Part shown: one piece after another, positions 36,867-46,364 of the stretch
Position numbering within the stretch: position 1 is the stretch's first letter
How the letters are laid out: each line of letters starts with the position of its first letter
Origin: an uncultured Hyphomicrobiales bacterium
GTDB lineage: Bacteria > Pseudomonadota > Alphaproteobacteria > Rhizobiales > Xanthobacteraceae
Direction: 5' to 3'
DNA length: 64,000 nt
NCBI GenBank assembly: GCA_964581435.1
Contig: CAZOOO010000001.1
Location: 3,972 to 67,971 of the forward strand
Program-made: the position numbers and the translations under genes
The notes under the pieces: generated by a model
The model's input: only the letters and a program-made list of their open reading frames with translations
Databases searched by the model: none
Told to the model about the DNA's origin: nothing

Positions 36867-37550
36867 ATGCTCGCCGGTCTCGACATCTCCAAGTCCGCAA
36901 CAGGATGGGCTGTCATTGACGGTTCAACCTGCCACAGCGGGGTATGGCGCTGCCCCATTGTAAAGCCAGAGGGATTGGGTGTCGGGAAGATTGATGCTGT
37001 CTATACCGGGATGGTTGCAGATTGGCTCCATGGCCAGATATTCGCGCTTACGAAGCGGTTTACGCTGACTCATGCGGCCATCGAGCAGCCTATGCCAGGT
37101 AACAGTAAGAAGCGGAAGCCTGCATCGTTCAAGGGCGCAGGTAGCTTCGAGTTATCCGGTGCTGATATTGCGCCAGAAGTCTCAGTTGGCACCACGGCGT
37201 TCGATGTCACCCATTTTCTTCATGGCCTGGTCGTCATCGGGGCGCGGGTCTTTGCTCGGCAGAATATTCCGGCTGTTTATGTCGCGTCCCAGACATGGCG
37301 CTCGACGATGCAGGTTGGACGTCCGCCGAAACAGGATGTCGTCAAGGGCAAATTGGTCAATCTCAGCGCCAGTCAACGTCGAGATTGGTACAAGCGCCGC
37401 GCATTGGAAATCTGCCGCAAGCGCGGCATTCGCGTGGATAGCCCCGACCAGGCAGAAGCTGTCCTGATCGCACTTCACCTTCAAACCATCACTGAGCGGG
37501 ATCGTGTCGATATGTTCACGCCCGCCAAGCAACTGGAGACCCCGTTTTGA
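36867..37550 (+). CDS. RuvC-like Holliday junction resolvase
   Basis: GLDIS..ATGWA, AIEQP, TWR, DQAEA. Confidence 0.75.
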   Translation: MLAGLDISKSATGWAVIDGSTCHSGVWRCPIVKPEGLGVGKIDAVYTGMVADWLHGQIFALTKRFTLTHAAIEQPMPGNSKKRKPASFKGAGSFELSGADIAPEVSVGTTAFDVTHFLHGLVVIGARVFARQNIPAVYVASQTWRSTMQVGRPPKQDVVKGKLVNLSASQRRDWYKRRALEICRKRGIRVDSPDQAEAVLIALHLQTITERDRVDMFTPAKQLETPF

Positions 37551-38650
37551 AGCTAACCATTGAACGTCAAGCAATTCTCAAAACCCTTGGCCGCGTCCAG
37601 CGCGTCACCCGAGGGAGAAATACAATCCCAATCTTATCCAACATCAAGTTGGAGGCGTCTGGTGATCATCTCACTATCACTGGCACCGACCTCGACATTG
37701 AGGTTAGAGACATCTGTGTGGCTAAGGTAGAAGAGGCCGGATCCACCACGGCACCGGCTCAGATGCTTTTGGATATCGTTCGAAAGATGCCAGAAGGTGC
37801 GCAGATCGTGATGGATCAGTCCGATGATCCCGTCATGACGGTTAAGGCTGGCCGATCAAGGTTCAAGATACAATGCCTCCCGGTCTCCGGTTACCCAGAG
37901 CTTGGGATGGAGAATACAAACTGTGTATTCCAGATCGAGCCTAATGTCCTCAAGGCTATGTTCGACAAGGTCTCGTTCGCGATATCGACGGAAGAAACCC
38001 GCTACTATCTGAATGGCGTCCACCTTCACCTCGAAGGCGACAGTGCCTTACGTGCGGTTGCGACTGATGGTCATCGGCTGGCTGTGCGGTCTATCGACAT
38101 CCCGGAAGGTATCGAAGATCACCTAAGCATCATCGTGCCACGCAAGACTGTATCAGAAGCGCTTCGACTGGCAGGTGAAGTCAGTGGAGAGATCACGGTT
38201 TCTATCTCACAGGGTAGAATCCGGTTCTCTGTCGAGAACACGGTTTTAACGTCAAAACTGATCGACGGGTCGTTCCCAGATTACAAGCGTGTTATTCCGT
38301 TGAACAATAACCGTATTGCAGTCGTTGATGCTGACGATTTGAAAGCGGCAATTGAACGAGTCTCAACGGTCGCCTCCGAGCGCGGCAAAGCGGTGAAGTT
38401 CACCTTTTCGGAAGGGGCTCTCAATCTCAGCATCAACAATCCCGATAGCGGTTCGGCAGAGGAAGAACTGGCAGCTGACTATACAGCCGAGCCATTCGAG
38501 ATCGGCTTCAACTCGTCCTATCTGCTCGATACAGCGAAGTCCCTTGATGGCGAATCTATCACATTCCGCTTAGCCGATGCTGGCTCGCCAACAATCATCG
38601 TTGGCACTGATGCGGAGCATACGACGGTCCTTATGCCATTGAGGATCTAG
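37547..38650 (+). CDS. dnaN: DNA polymerase III beta sliding clamp
   Basis: TIPILSN, TDLDIE, FAISTEETRYYLNG, ATDGHRL, SKLIDG.FPDY.RVIP, IGFN..YL, VLMP. Confidence 0.96.
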   Translation: MKLTIERQAILKTLGRVQRVTRGRNTIPILSNIKLEASGDHLTITGTDLDIEVRDICVAKVEEAGSTTAPAQMLLDIVRKMPEGAQIVMDQSDDPVMTVKAGRSRFKIQCLPVSGYPELGMENTNCVFQIEPNVLKAMFDKVSFAISTEETRYYLNGVHLHLEGDSALRAVATDGHRLAVRSIDIPEGIEDHLSIIVPRKTVSEALRLAGEVSGEITVSISQGRIRFSVENTVLTSKLIDGSFPDYKRVIPLNNNRIAVVDADDLKAAIERVSTVASERGKAVKFTFSEGALNLSINNPDSGSAEEELAADYTAEPFEIGFNSSYLLDTAKSLDGESITFRLADAGSPTIIVGTDAEHTTVLMPLRI

Positions 38651-38651
38651 C

Positions 38652-38966
38652 ATGACCGAATCAGAAGCCAAGGAAGCCGTTGCTCTCTATGAGTCAATCG
38701 CGGCGGATAAGAAGGAATTGGCTCTATTCGCCAGTATCCGTGAGAACGGATCCAGCGTTCGTATCTTCTTCAAGGGCAAGTATAACGGCTATTCGAGCGC
38801 AGATATGAAGGAGAAGTCCATCTCCTGCGGAAACGGAAACCTTCATAAGCACCCGGTTTCTGCATTCCTACTTGAGCATTTCGAGCGGGTTCTCACGGAG
38901 CGTATCGCCGCAAGCGAAAGACGCTTGGCGCAACTTGGGTGTCAGAAACCGGAGTGCAGAGAATGA
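38652..38966 (+). CDS. Hypothetical protein
   Basis: 104 aa in operon. Confidence 0.6.
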   Translation: MTESEAKEAVALYESIAADKKELALFASIRENGSSVRIFFKGKYNGYSSADMKEKSISCGNGNLHKHPVSAFLLEHFERVLTERIAASERRLAQLGCQKPECRE

Positions 38967-39646
38967 GTTTTCACGTCTTCTTCTCCTTCTCAACAGGGCT
39001 GTCGCAGACGCTCCGAGTCCCAAAGGGAACGGCGGCTTCTGCTATTGCTCACGTAGAGGAAGTAGAGCGTACCCTTGGTTTGAAACGGTCCAAATACAAG
39101 GACGATCCGGTACATTGGGACCATTGGGATAAGGAGTGGTGCGCCGGTTTCCCGAAGGTCGATGACAAGGTGCTATGTAAGACTATTGAGAGCCACAACG
39201 AATGGGTTCAGCAACTCTATTGGAAGTTTGGGCAATGGGCGGAGAAGCCCGTTGAAGACGGAGAAGATTTGACGCCTGAGATCGCAGAGACCTTCTGGCA
39301 TGGCCTGCAACAATTGAAGGTTAATCCGGAGCGATGGACTGGTGATTATTACCGCGCGCGCATGGACGAGCTTTACGAAGTCATGCGCGGACGTGAAGCG
39401 GCGGGAATGACATTCGATGCCAAGGCGCTGACGGAAAAGCAGGCTGCGGCTGTTATCTGCATCTTCGACCAATACTTGGACAGGAACGATCTTCGCCTAG
39501 ATGTACCGGATGGCCGCGACTATCTCGCTTCGTCCTACGACGGCGGCTACGACTGGTGTGACAAGTGTTTTAAGCCGAAGGCCCCTGATGACTATGGCTG
39601 CAGCCGCAAGGGGTGCCCGCTGTCGGAAGAGAACTGGGGCAAATGA
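38963..39646 (+). CDS. Hypothetical phage protein with C-terminal Cys cluster
   Basis: Start MSFHVFF. Confidence 0.7.
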   Translation: MSFHVFFSFSTGLSQTLRVPKGTAASAIAHVEEVERTLGLKRSKYKDDPVHWDHWDKEWCAGFPKVDDKVLCKTIESHNEWVQQLYWKFGQWAEKPVEDGEDLTPEIAETFWHGLQQLKVNPERWTGDYYRARMDELYEVMRGREAAGMTFDAKALTEKQAAAVICIFDQYLDRNDLRLDVPDGRDYLASSYDGGYDWCDKCFKPKAPDDYGCSRKGCPLSEENWGK

Positions 39647-39821
39647 CGGCCATCGGATCCCGCTCCGACCGTGACCGCATCCGTCAAAGATCCAGCGGGA
39701 ATAAGCAAAAGTAGATCGCTGCATCGCGATATATCGTGAGTTTGAGCAGGGCAGGTCTCCAGCGGAATGCATGCTGGGATGTCGGTAGAGCGTTGGGGAA
39801 TAAGGAAGAGACAGAACGTCC

Positions 39822-40367
39822 ATGACGTGCATCGTTGGTTTAGTGGACAATAGCGGAGTCTATATCGGGGGAGATAGTGCTGGCGTAGGCGGAGATCTTT
39901 CCTATTCGGTTCGCGCCGATCGCAAGGTATTCCGAAACGGTGACTGCCTCATGGGCTTCACGGCATCCTTTCGGATGGGGCAGTTGCTGGCGTTCAAACT
40001 AGAGCCTCCTAAACGCCATCCTGACACGGATGTCTACCGATACATGGTGACGGACTTCATCGATAAGGTCCGCGATTGCCTTAAGTCGGGTGGATATGCA
40101 TCGAGGGACAAAGAAACCGAAATCGGCGGTACCTTTCTCGTTGCTTATAGCGGCCGACTTTTCACTATCTTTGACGATTACCAAGTTGGTGAGAACATCA
40201 ACGGTATGGCGTCTGTCGGCTGCGGTTCCGATATCGCGCTTGGCTCGCTCTATTCGACAGCATCTAGCACCGACCCAGTAGCGCGGATCAATACCGCCTT
40301 GCAGGCGGCGGAAGCCTTTAGCGCGGGCGTCCGCGCCCCGTTCTTCATTGAGAAGTTGGAAGGCTGA
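39822..40367 (+). CDS. HslV/proteasome-like Ntn hydrolase
   Basis: N-terminal Thr (MTCIVG), GGDS, K, GCGS..A.G. Confidence 0.75.
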   Translation: MTCIVGLVDNSGVYIGGDSAGVGGDLSYSVRADRKVFRNGDCLMGFTASFRMGQLLAFKLEPPKRHPDTDVYRYMVTDFIDKVRDCLKSGGYASRDKETEIGGTFLVAYSGRLFTIFDDYQVGENINGMASVGCGSDIALGSLYSTASSTDPVARINTALQAAEAFSAGVRAPFFIEKLEG

Positions 40368-40372
40368 ACGCG

Positions 40373-40960
40373 ATGGCTGATCATCCTATATTATTCAGCG
40401 CGCCCATGATCTGCGCCATCCTCCGCGAGATCGAGAAGCCGGGCATGGGCAAGACTCGGCGCCGCATTTACTCTCCCGGTCACGAGACAGACCCTGCACA
40501 CTTAGTGAGGCGGCTCGCAAACGGGATTGAAAGTGCCAACGATGGCGAATGTTGGGAGTGGCAACGTCACCGAAACAACCATGGCTACGGCAAATTGACC
40601 ATCAACGGTCATGGATACTATGCGCATCGGTTGGCCTATGAATTGAGCAAAGGACCAATCCCCAAAAGCTTAGACGTGATGCACGAGTGCGATAACCCCG
40701 CATGTATCAATCCAGATCACCTTGTCGTTGGAACCCGGTCGAAGAATATGGCGGATTGCCACGCTCGCGGTCGGTCCAGAATGCCCAATCCCAGAATGCG
40801 CGGGGAGTCTAACGGAGCATCCAAGTTGAGGGCATCGGATGTGCCTATCATTAGGCAGATGCTGAGGGAGGGACGCACCCAGGCTACCATTGCTCGCCAG
40901 TTTGGCGTGTCGCAAACCGCTATCAGTGCAATCAAGCGCGGGAAGGTGTGGTCATGGTAG
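40373..40960 (+). CDS. HNH homing endonuclease with captured N-terminus
   Basis: CWEW...GYG, AHRLAY, HECDNPACINPDHL..GT..N; C-terminal HTH. Confidence 0.88.
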   Translation: MADHPILFSAPMICAILREIEKPGMGKTRRRIYSPGHETDPAHLVRRLANGIESANDGECWEWQRHRNNHGYGKLTINGHGYYAHRLAYELSKGPIPKSLDVMHECDNPACINPDHLVVGTRSKNMADCHARGRSRMPNPRMRGESNGASKLRASDVPIIRQMLREGRTQATIARQFGVSQTAISAIKRGKVWSW

Positions 40961-41012
40961 CCGATGATCCGATCCTTGCCAACATCGATAGCGTTGAAGT
41001 ACGGGCGGCATA

Positions 41013-41387
41013 ATGGTGCCGGATCTAAGTGACGCGACATTAGAGGCTCGTCGCATCGTTCGTTTCCTTGAAACGCGGCGCTGGCCACTTTCGGATGAAA
41101 AGCGGCTTCAAGAGGCGATCTCTGGCGAGATGGAGAGGTCGCATATGGAGCATCGACGCGAGGTGCGACTGAATGGCGCCGACATTATCGACTTCATGGT
41201 TGGGGACATCGGTATTGAGGTGAAGATTGGTGGTAGCAAGCGCGCGATATTTCGGCAGTGCGAGCGGTACGCGGAACATGAGTCCGTCTCCGCAATCGTG
41301 ATTGCTACGGCTAAGGCTATGGGTGTCCCGCCCGAGGTCAACGGCAAGCCAATCTTGGTCGCATTGCTGGGTATGGGTGCTTTTTGA
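41013..41387 (+). CDS. Small PD-(D/E)XK-like nuclease
   Basis: E...IDF....IGIEVK...QC.RY. Confidence 0.6.
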   Translation: MVPDLSDATLEARRIVRFLETRRWPLSDEKRLQEAISGEMERSHMEHRREVRLNGADIIDFMVGDIGIEVKIGGSKRAIFRQCERYAEHESVSAIVIATAKAMGVPPEVNGKPILVALLGMGAF

Positions 41388-43096
41388 GCGCATTGGCCAC
41401 CAAGCGTCGTCCTTACGGATCACTCGTCTATCAGGCGAGGCAATGGATGCTGACTGGCATCGAGCCGCATGTGGCCATCCGTCTAAAGGCAGTATTCCCC
41501 GGCATCAGTAAGTCGCAGACGAAGACGTTCGCCTTCCCGCATTCCGAGGCGGTTTGCGCAGACTTGGACTGGTTTCTAGATCGCTATCCGATGGTGATGT
41601 CGGATGCAGATCGAGAACGGCTTATACGCGGGCGCAGAGGGTTCGAGAAGCAGCGGGACGACATCGAGGCTATCTTGCTGCCTGATTGGACGCCTCACGC
41701 TCAGACGGTGTTTAAGGCTGGCAAGGAACTGTACCAGTATCAGGCGCAAGCGGTTGAGTTGACGCGGCGCTTGAAGCGGTTGCTGCTGATGGATGATCTC
41801 GGGCTTGGCAAGACGGTGTCCGCGCTAGGTGTACTGGCAGGCTCGGCATATCTCCCGGCCGCCATCATTGTTCAAGCGCATTTGCCGGATCAGTGGGTGA
41901 ACGAGTTCATCCGCAAGTTCACCTATCTCCGCCCTCACATCATCAAGGGGACTCAACCGTATAGCCTTCCCGAGGCCGATCTCTACATCTTCCGCTACTC
42001 GAATATCCATGGGTGGACGGACATTGCCGCGACTGGATTCTTCAAGGCGGTTGTCTTCGATGAAATTCAGGAACTGCGGAACGGGAGAAAGACGACAAAG
42101 GGTAGCGCCGCTTGGGTGTTCTCCGAACATGCGATGCTGCGGCTAGGATTGAGCGCAACGCCAGTCGTCAATTACGGCGGTGAAATCTATGCTGTCATGA
42201 GTTACATCGCGCCACATGCGCTGGGTCCGATTGAGGAATTCTACAGGGAGTGGTGCCACTTCGACGGCAAGAGATGGATCGTTGATGATCCAGATGCGCT
42301 CGGAACTTATCTTCGTGAGATGCAGTTGGTGCTTCGCCGCGATGGATCGAATGCTCCGGTCAATGTGCTCCCTATCGAAGTCGAGTACGATCAAGACATC
42401 GTTGACGCTGAGGAAGAGCTAACCAAAGCGCTCGCTATCAAGGTTTTGTCCGGCTCTTTCGCCGAGCGCGGGCAGGCGGCTCGCGAATTGGATATCCAGG
42501 CTCGGCGTATTACGGGGCTCGCAAAGGCCAAGGCGGTTGCCGCTTATGTCCGCATTCTCCTTAAAGCAGGCAAGCCGGTCTTGCTCGCTGGTTGGCATAG
42601 GGAAGTCTATGCGGCGTGGATGGAGGAACTGGCTGAGTTCAAACCTGTTATGTACACGGGCTCCGAAAGCTCCGTAGCGAAAGAGAAGGCCAAACAGGCA
42701 TTCATCGGCGGGCAAACAAATCTGATGATTATCTCGCTGCGCTCTGGTGCAGGCGTTGATGGATTGCAAAAGCGGTGTTCAACCGTCGTCTTTGGTGAGT
42801 TGGACTGGAGCCAGAAGATTCACGATCAGGTCGTCGGCCGCGTGAATCGTCCCGGCCAGACTGAGGAAGTCACCGCTATCTATCTCCATGCGAATGGTGG
42901 ATCAGATCCTCTGGTGCTCGGAATAATCGGCATCAAATCTAGCCAAGCCAGCGGCATCGTCGATCCTCTTAAGGGCATTCAGACGATCCACACAGACGAG
43001 TCGCGCTTCAAGGCGCTCGCCGAAGCGTTCCTCGGTGGCGGCTTCGAGGGCACTTCCCGCCACAAGCCATCGAACCTTCTCGGAGTTCTGTCTTGA
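41384..43096 (+). CDS. SNF2-family helicase
   Basis: YQ, DDLGLGKT, VFDEIQ, LSATP, G.GVDGLQ, Q..GR..RPGQ. Confidence 0.9.
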   Translation: MSALATKRRPYGSLVYQARQWMLTGIEPHVAIRLKAVFPGISKSQTKTFAFPHSEAVCADLDWFLDRYPMVMSDADRERLIRGRRGFEKQRDDIEAILLPDWTPHAQTVFKAGKELYQYQAQAVELTRRLKRLLLMDDLGLGKTVSALGVLAGSAYLPAAIIVQAHLPDQWVNEFIRKFTYLRPHIIKGTQPYSLPEADLYIFRYSNIHGWTDIAATGFFKAVVFDEIQELRNGRKTTKGSAAWVFSEHAMLRLGLSATPVVNYGGEIYAVMSYIAPHALGPIEEFYREWCHFDGKRWIVDDPDALGTYLREMQLVLRRDGSNAPVNVLPIEVEYDQDIVDAEEELTKALAIKVLSGSFAERGQAARELDIQARRITGLAKAKAVAAYVRILLKAGKPVLLAGWHREVYAAWMEELAEFKPVMYTGSESSVAKEKAKQAFIGGQTNLMIISLRSGAGVDGLQKRCSTVVFGELDWSQKIHDQVVGRVNRPGQTEEVTAIYLHANGGSDPLVLGIIGIKSSQASGIVDPLKGIQTIHTDESRFKALAEAFLGGGFEGTSRHKPSNLLGVLS

Positions 43097-43821
43097 GTAG
43101 AACCTACGCAATCGCGGACCTTCATGGTCGCCACGATCTATTGATCGCTGCCATCAATGCCGTGGCTGATATCGATCAAGGCCCGCTGACGTTCATCACC
43201 TTGGGTGACTACATCGATCGTGGTCCTGAAAGCAGGCAGGTTATCGAAACGCTGATGGCGCTCCGAGATGATCCTCCGGGAGATTGGAAGGTGATTTGCC
43301 TCAAGGGAAACCACGAGGACATGATGGTGCAGACTCTGAGTGTCCCGCTGCACCCGAATTGGTGGATCGGTAACGGGGGCGGAGCAACGCTCATTAGCTA
43401 CGGTCATCCACCTTCTGGTCAATACAATCCAGCGGTCGTCCCGAACGAGCATATCGAATGGATCAATGAACTTCCGTTCCTCCATGTAGACGATCATCGC
43501 GTCTTTGTTCATGCATGGGTGGATAGCAGCGTTCCTCTGGACAAGCAGAAACCGGACAAGATGATGTGGACGCTCTATCCGAATGGAGCGCGATACGGTC
43601 ACCGGCTTACGGGGCGCCACGTCGTTCACGGGCACCATCAATTCGAAGACGGTCCGAAGCTCTACAAGGGCCGAACCGATCTGGATGTCTTCGCTTGGTA
43701 CACGGGGCGACTCGTTATCGGTGTCTTTGATGATGAAGTGCCGGGCGGGCCGGTCGATTTAATCGAAGTGAAAGGGGCGGGGGAATGGAGCCGTATTGAA
43801 CGGCAGGAGAATGCTGAATGA
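43093..43821 (+). CDS. Ser/Thr protein phosphatase (NinI-like metallophosphoesterase)
   Basis: DLHG, LGDYIDRGP, KGNHE, VHGH. Confidence 0.92.
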   Translation: MSRTYAIADLHGRHDLLIAAINAVADIDQGPLTFITLGDYIDRGPESRQVIETLMALRDDPPGDWKVICLKGNHEDMMVQTLSVPLHPNWWIGNGGGATLISYGHPPSGQYNPAVVPNEHIEWINELPFLHVDDHRVFVHAWVDSSVPLDKQKPDKMMWTLYPNGARYGHRLTGRHVVHGHHQFEDGPKLYKGRTDLDVFAWYTGRLVIGVFDDEVPGGPVDLIEVKGAGEWSRIERQENAE

Positions 43822-44198
43822 ATCTCGATGATCTCAAGTCTCATAGCCTGATTTATGTCGGCACGGCCTATACCCGTTACCCAGAAGGTATCGACGCCGC
43901 CTATATCGAAGCGTGTCGGGTCACAGCGGAATTGGTGAAGGCCGGGTGCCCGGTATTCTCACCGATATCCCACGGTCATGGCATCGCAATCCATGGCGGT
44001 ATCGATCCGCTAGACTTCAAGATGTGGCTCGAATTCGATGCCACGATGATGGATCGTTCGGATGCGATTATCGTCGTCAAGATGGATTCTTGGGAGTCAT
44101 CCAGCGGCATCGCGCATGAGATTGAGGTATTCAGGAAGGCGAAGAAGCCGGTCTATTTCCTTGATCCGCAGTCGCTGGAATTGCGGAGTGTGCCGTGA
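43818..44198 (+). CDS. DUF1937/nucleoside deoxyribosyltransferase-like protein
   Basis: IY....Y, FSPI.H.H, W..S.G...EI. Confidence 0.8.
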   Translation: MNLDDLKSHSLIYVGTAYTRYPEGIDAAYIEACRVTAELVKAGCPVFSPISHGHGIAIHGGIDPLDFKMWLEFDATMMDRSDAIIVVKMDSWESSSGIAHEIEVFRKAKKPVYFLDPQSLELRSVP

Positions 44199-44662
44199 TG
44201 ATTCCATCGTGGGACGAGTACCATATCCAGCAGGCAGAGCTTGCATCCACCAAGAGCAAAGATAGCAGTACAAAAGTCGGCGCCGTCATCGTTGGGCCGG
44301 ACAACGAGTCGCTGGCAACAGGCTTTAACGGCTTTGCTCGGGGTGTCCGCGACGATGTTCCAGAGCGTCAGGAGCGCGAGCGTAGGCTGAAATTCACAAT
44401 ACACGCCGAATCCAATGCCCTGCTTGCTGCGGCTCGGCGCGGAATGCCGACGAAGGGATGCCGAATCTATGTCTCGCGGTTTCCTTGTGCGTCATGTGCC
44501 GGGATGATTGTCCAAGCTGGTCTAACCGAAGTCGTCTGTCGTGAGATTGAACCGGGTGATGGCTTCAATGAGCGATGGGCGGAAGAACATACAATCGCGA
44601 GAACTATCCTGCGGGAAGGTGGTGTGAAGGTGCGGTTCATTGCAAATGGAGGTGAGAAATGA
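44195..44662 (+). CDS. dCMP deaminase
   Basis: SKD.STKVGA, GFNG, HAESNA, PCASC. Confidence 0.92.
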   Translation: MMIPSWDEYHIQQAELASTKSKDSSTKVGAVIVGPDNESLATGFNGFARGVRDDVPERQERERRLKFTIHAESNALLAAARRGMPTKGCRIYVSRFPCASCAGMIVQAGLTEVVCREIEPGDGFNERWAEEHTIARTILREGGVKVRFIANGGEK

Positions 44663-44982
44663 CGCCAGAGGATATTCCTGATTATGTCACGGAGTATCGT
44701 GAGATAATCAAGACTGTGGAAGTGGTAGCGAAAGGACAGTGCTACATAATCGAGATACTTCTCGATCTTGATGGTGTCTACAGCGCCAATGGATTCATTA
44801 GGAAGTCCGTGGAATTGCAGCCGTCATACCCTCTCTCCTTTGGGCGGCGCGCAGCTAAGGTGGAGTCTCATGACATCCTGGTTGATTGCCATTTGCCGTG
44901 GGTGCATGCACCATCGGTGGACATTGCGTTGATACAAGCGCTTTCTAATCTCTCTCGGATACTGCCATCCGACGACAAATGA
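44659..44982 (+). CDS. Hypothetical protein
   Basis: 107 aa, coupled. Confidence 0.6.
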   Translation: MTPEDIPDYVTEYREIIKTVEVVAKGQCYIIEILLDLDGVYSANGFIRKSVELQPSYPLSFGRRAAKVESHDILVDCHLPWVHAPSVDIALIQALSNLSRILPSDDK

Positions 44983-45245
44983 GCCGAGAGCGCCGTTTAT
45001 CCGAAGATGAAGAGTCTTGGCTGGGTCCACTGACAGTAGCGATGTTTGTCGATCTTGGCTGGATACGTGAGACGCCGCTTTGCATCACTCGCCGCGGGTT
45101 GTCGGCTATTCGGATTGGTTGGGGGCCGACTAGCCCGCCTGAACCGATTAGAGGGTTGCCGGGGATGGTGACGGAGATTGGCGGCGGACTCCATTGGGAC
45201 GGCAAGCGTCCGAATAAGCCGAACACGTTTCGGACGAAAGACTAG
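44979..45245 (+). CDS. Hypothetical protein
   Basis: 88 aa, coupled. Confidence 0.45.
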   Translation: MSRERRLSEDEESWLGPLTVAMFVDLGWIRETPLCITRRGLSAIRIGWGPTSPPEPIRGLPGMVTEIGGGLHWDGKRPNKPNTFRTKD

Positions 45246-45254
45246 GGCTGGCAA

Positions 45255-46364
45255 TTGTCCGACGATATCGACGAGATCAAGCGACGGCTCACGGACAATC
45301 TCGAAGGTGTAATCGGGAAATTCTGGCCGTCGTGGGAGCGCCGTGGAGATACTGCGTATCCAATTCCCGGCAAGCCTGGCGATCTTGGTTCATTCGTCGT
45401 CTATCTTGGGCCTGTGCTTAAATACACGCGAGGGCAATGGTTCCGCAGTTCGCAGAATATCGGCGGTGATGTGCTCAATCTCTTTGCTTATGGAGAGAGC
45501 GGAAACCATAGGGCTACAGCCGCAACATTTAAGCGAGCGAGAGAGTTTGTTGGTTTAGATGACGCCAAACCCGAGACGGAAGAAGAACGCATCCAGAGGC
45601 TGCGCAGGGAGGCTAGAGAGGCATCCAGACGAAAAGCCGAAAAAGCCAAGCAGGCGAGGATCAGGGCTCAGAAGTTAGAGACTGCAACCGGCATCTGGGA
45701 AGATTCCATTCCAATCGATAGCACTCATTCAGAAGCCTATCTCATGGCGCGTCTTGGGATGAAGCCGAAGGGAGGGTGGCCGGATGTCCTGCGTCATCAT
45801 CCGCGGCTTCCATATTCGTCGCCAGACGGGACGACAAAGCCGGGGGCGTTCTATCCAGCCTTGGTTTGCAAAGTAACGGACGTCACGGATGAGTTTATCG
45901 CGGTGTGGCGGATATTCCTTCATCCAACGAAGCCGGAGAAAGCGCCAGTTGGTAAGTACGCTAAGCTGGGGCTCGGTGCATCAGGCGGCGGGGCAATCCG
46001 ACTTGGTGGGACTGAGTCAATTATCGGCGTCGCGGAAGGTGTCGAGAGTGCGTTGGGGGCTTGGCTCTATTCGAGTCAGAAATATCCGGTGTGGTCGGCT
46101 ATGTCGGCTGGCGGGATGGCGGGACTACAGGTGCCATTCGAGACTGAGCGAGTCTACATCTTCCCAGACGGCGACAAGCCGATGCAGAAGGTTGGTGGGA
46201 AGAATTCGGATGAGTTCAAAGTTGCTGTTCCTGTCGGAAGACAGGCGGCGAACGATCTATTGAAATCCGTAGGCGGTATCGGACGTAAGAAGCCGGAACC
46301 GAAGTCGGGTCAAGACTACTGCGATATGTGGCGAGATAAGTTGGAACGGATCACATGGGGCTAA
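45255..46364 (+). CDS. Phage primase-like TOPRIM protein
   Basis: GGD.L.L, A..IW, YL.AR, GGAIRL, VAEGVESAL, FPDGD, D..D. Confidence 0.85.
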   Translation: MSDDIDEIKRRLTDNLEGVIGKFWPSWERRGDTAYPIPGKPGDLGSFVVYLGPVLKYTRGQWFRSSQNIGGDVLNLFAYGESGNHRATAATFKRAREFVGLDDAKPETEEERIQRLRREAREASRRKAEKAKQARIRAQKLETATGIWEDSIPIDSTHSEAYLMARLGMKPKGGWPDVLRHHPRLPYSSPDGTTKPGAFYPALVCKVTDVTDEFIAVWRIFLHPTKPEKAPVGKYAKLGLGASGGGAIRLGGTESIIGVAEGVESALGAWLYSSQKYPVWSAMSAGGMAGLQVPFETERVYIFPDGDKPMQKVGGKNSDEFKVAVPVGRQAANDLLKSVGGIGRKKPEPKSGQDYCDMWRDKLERITWG

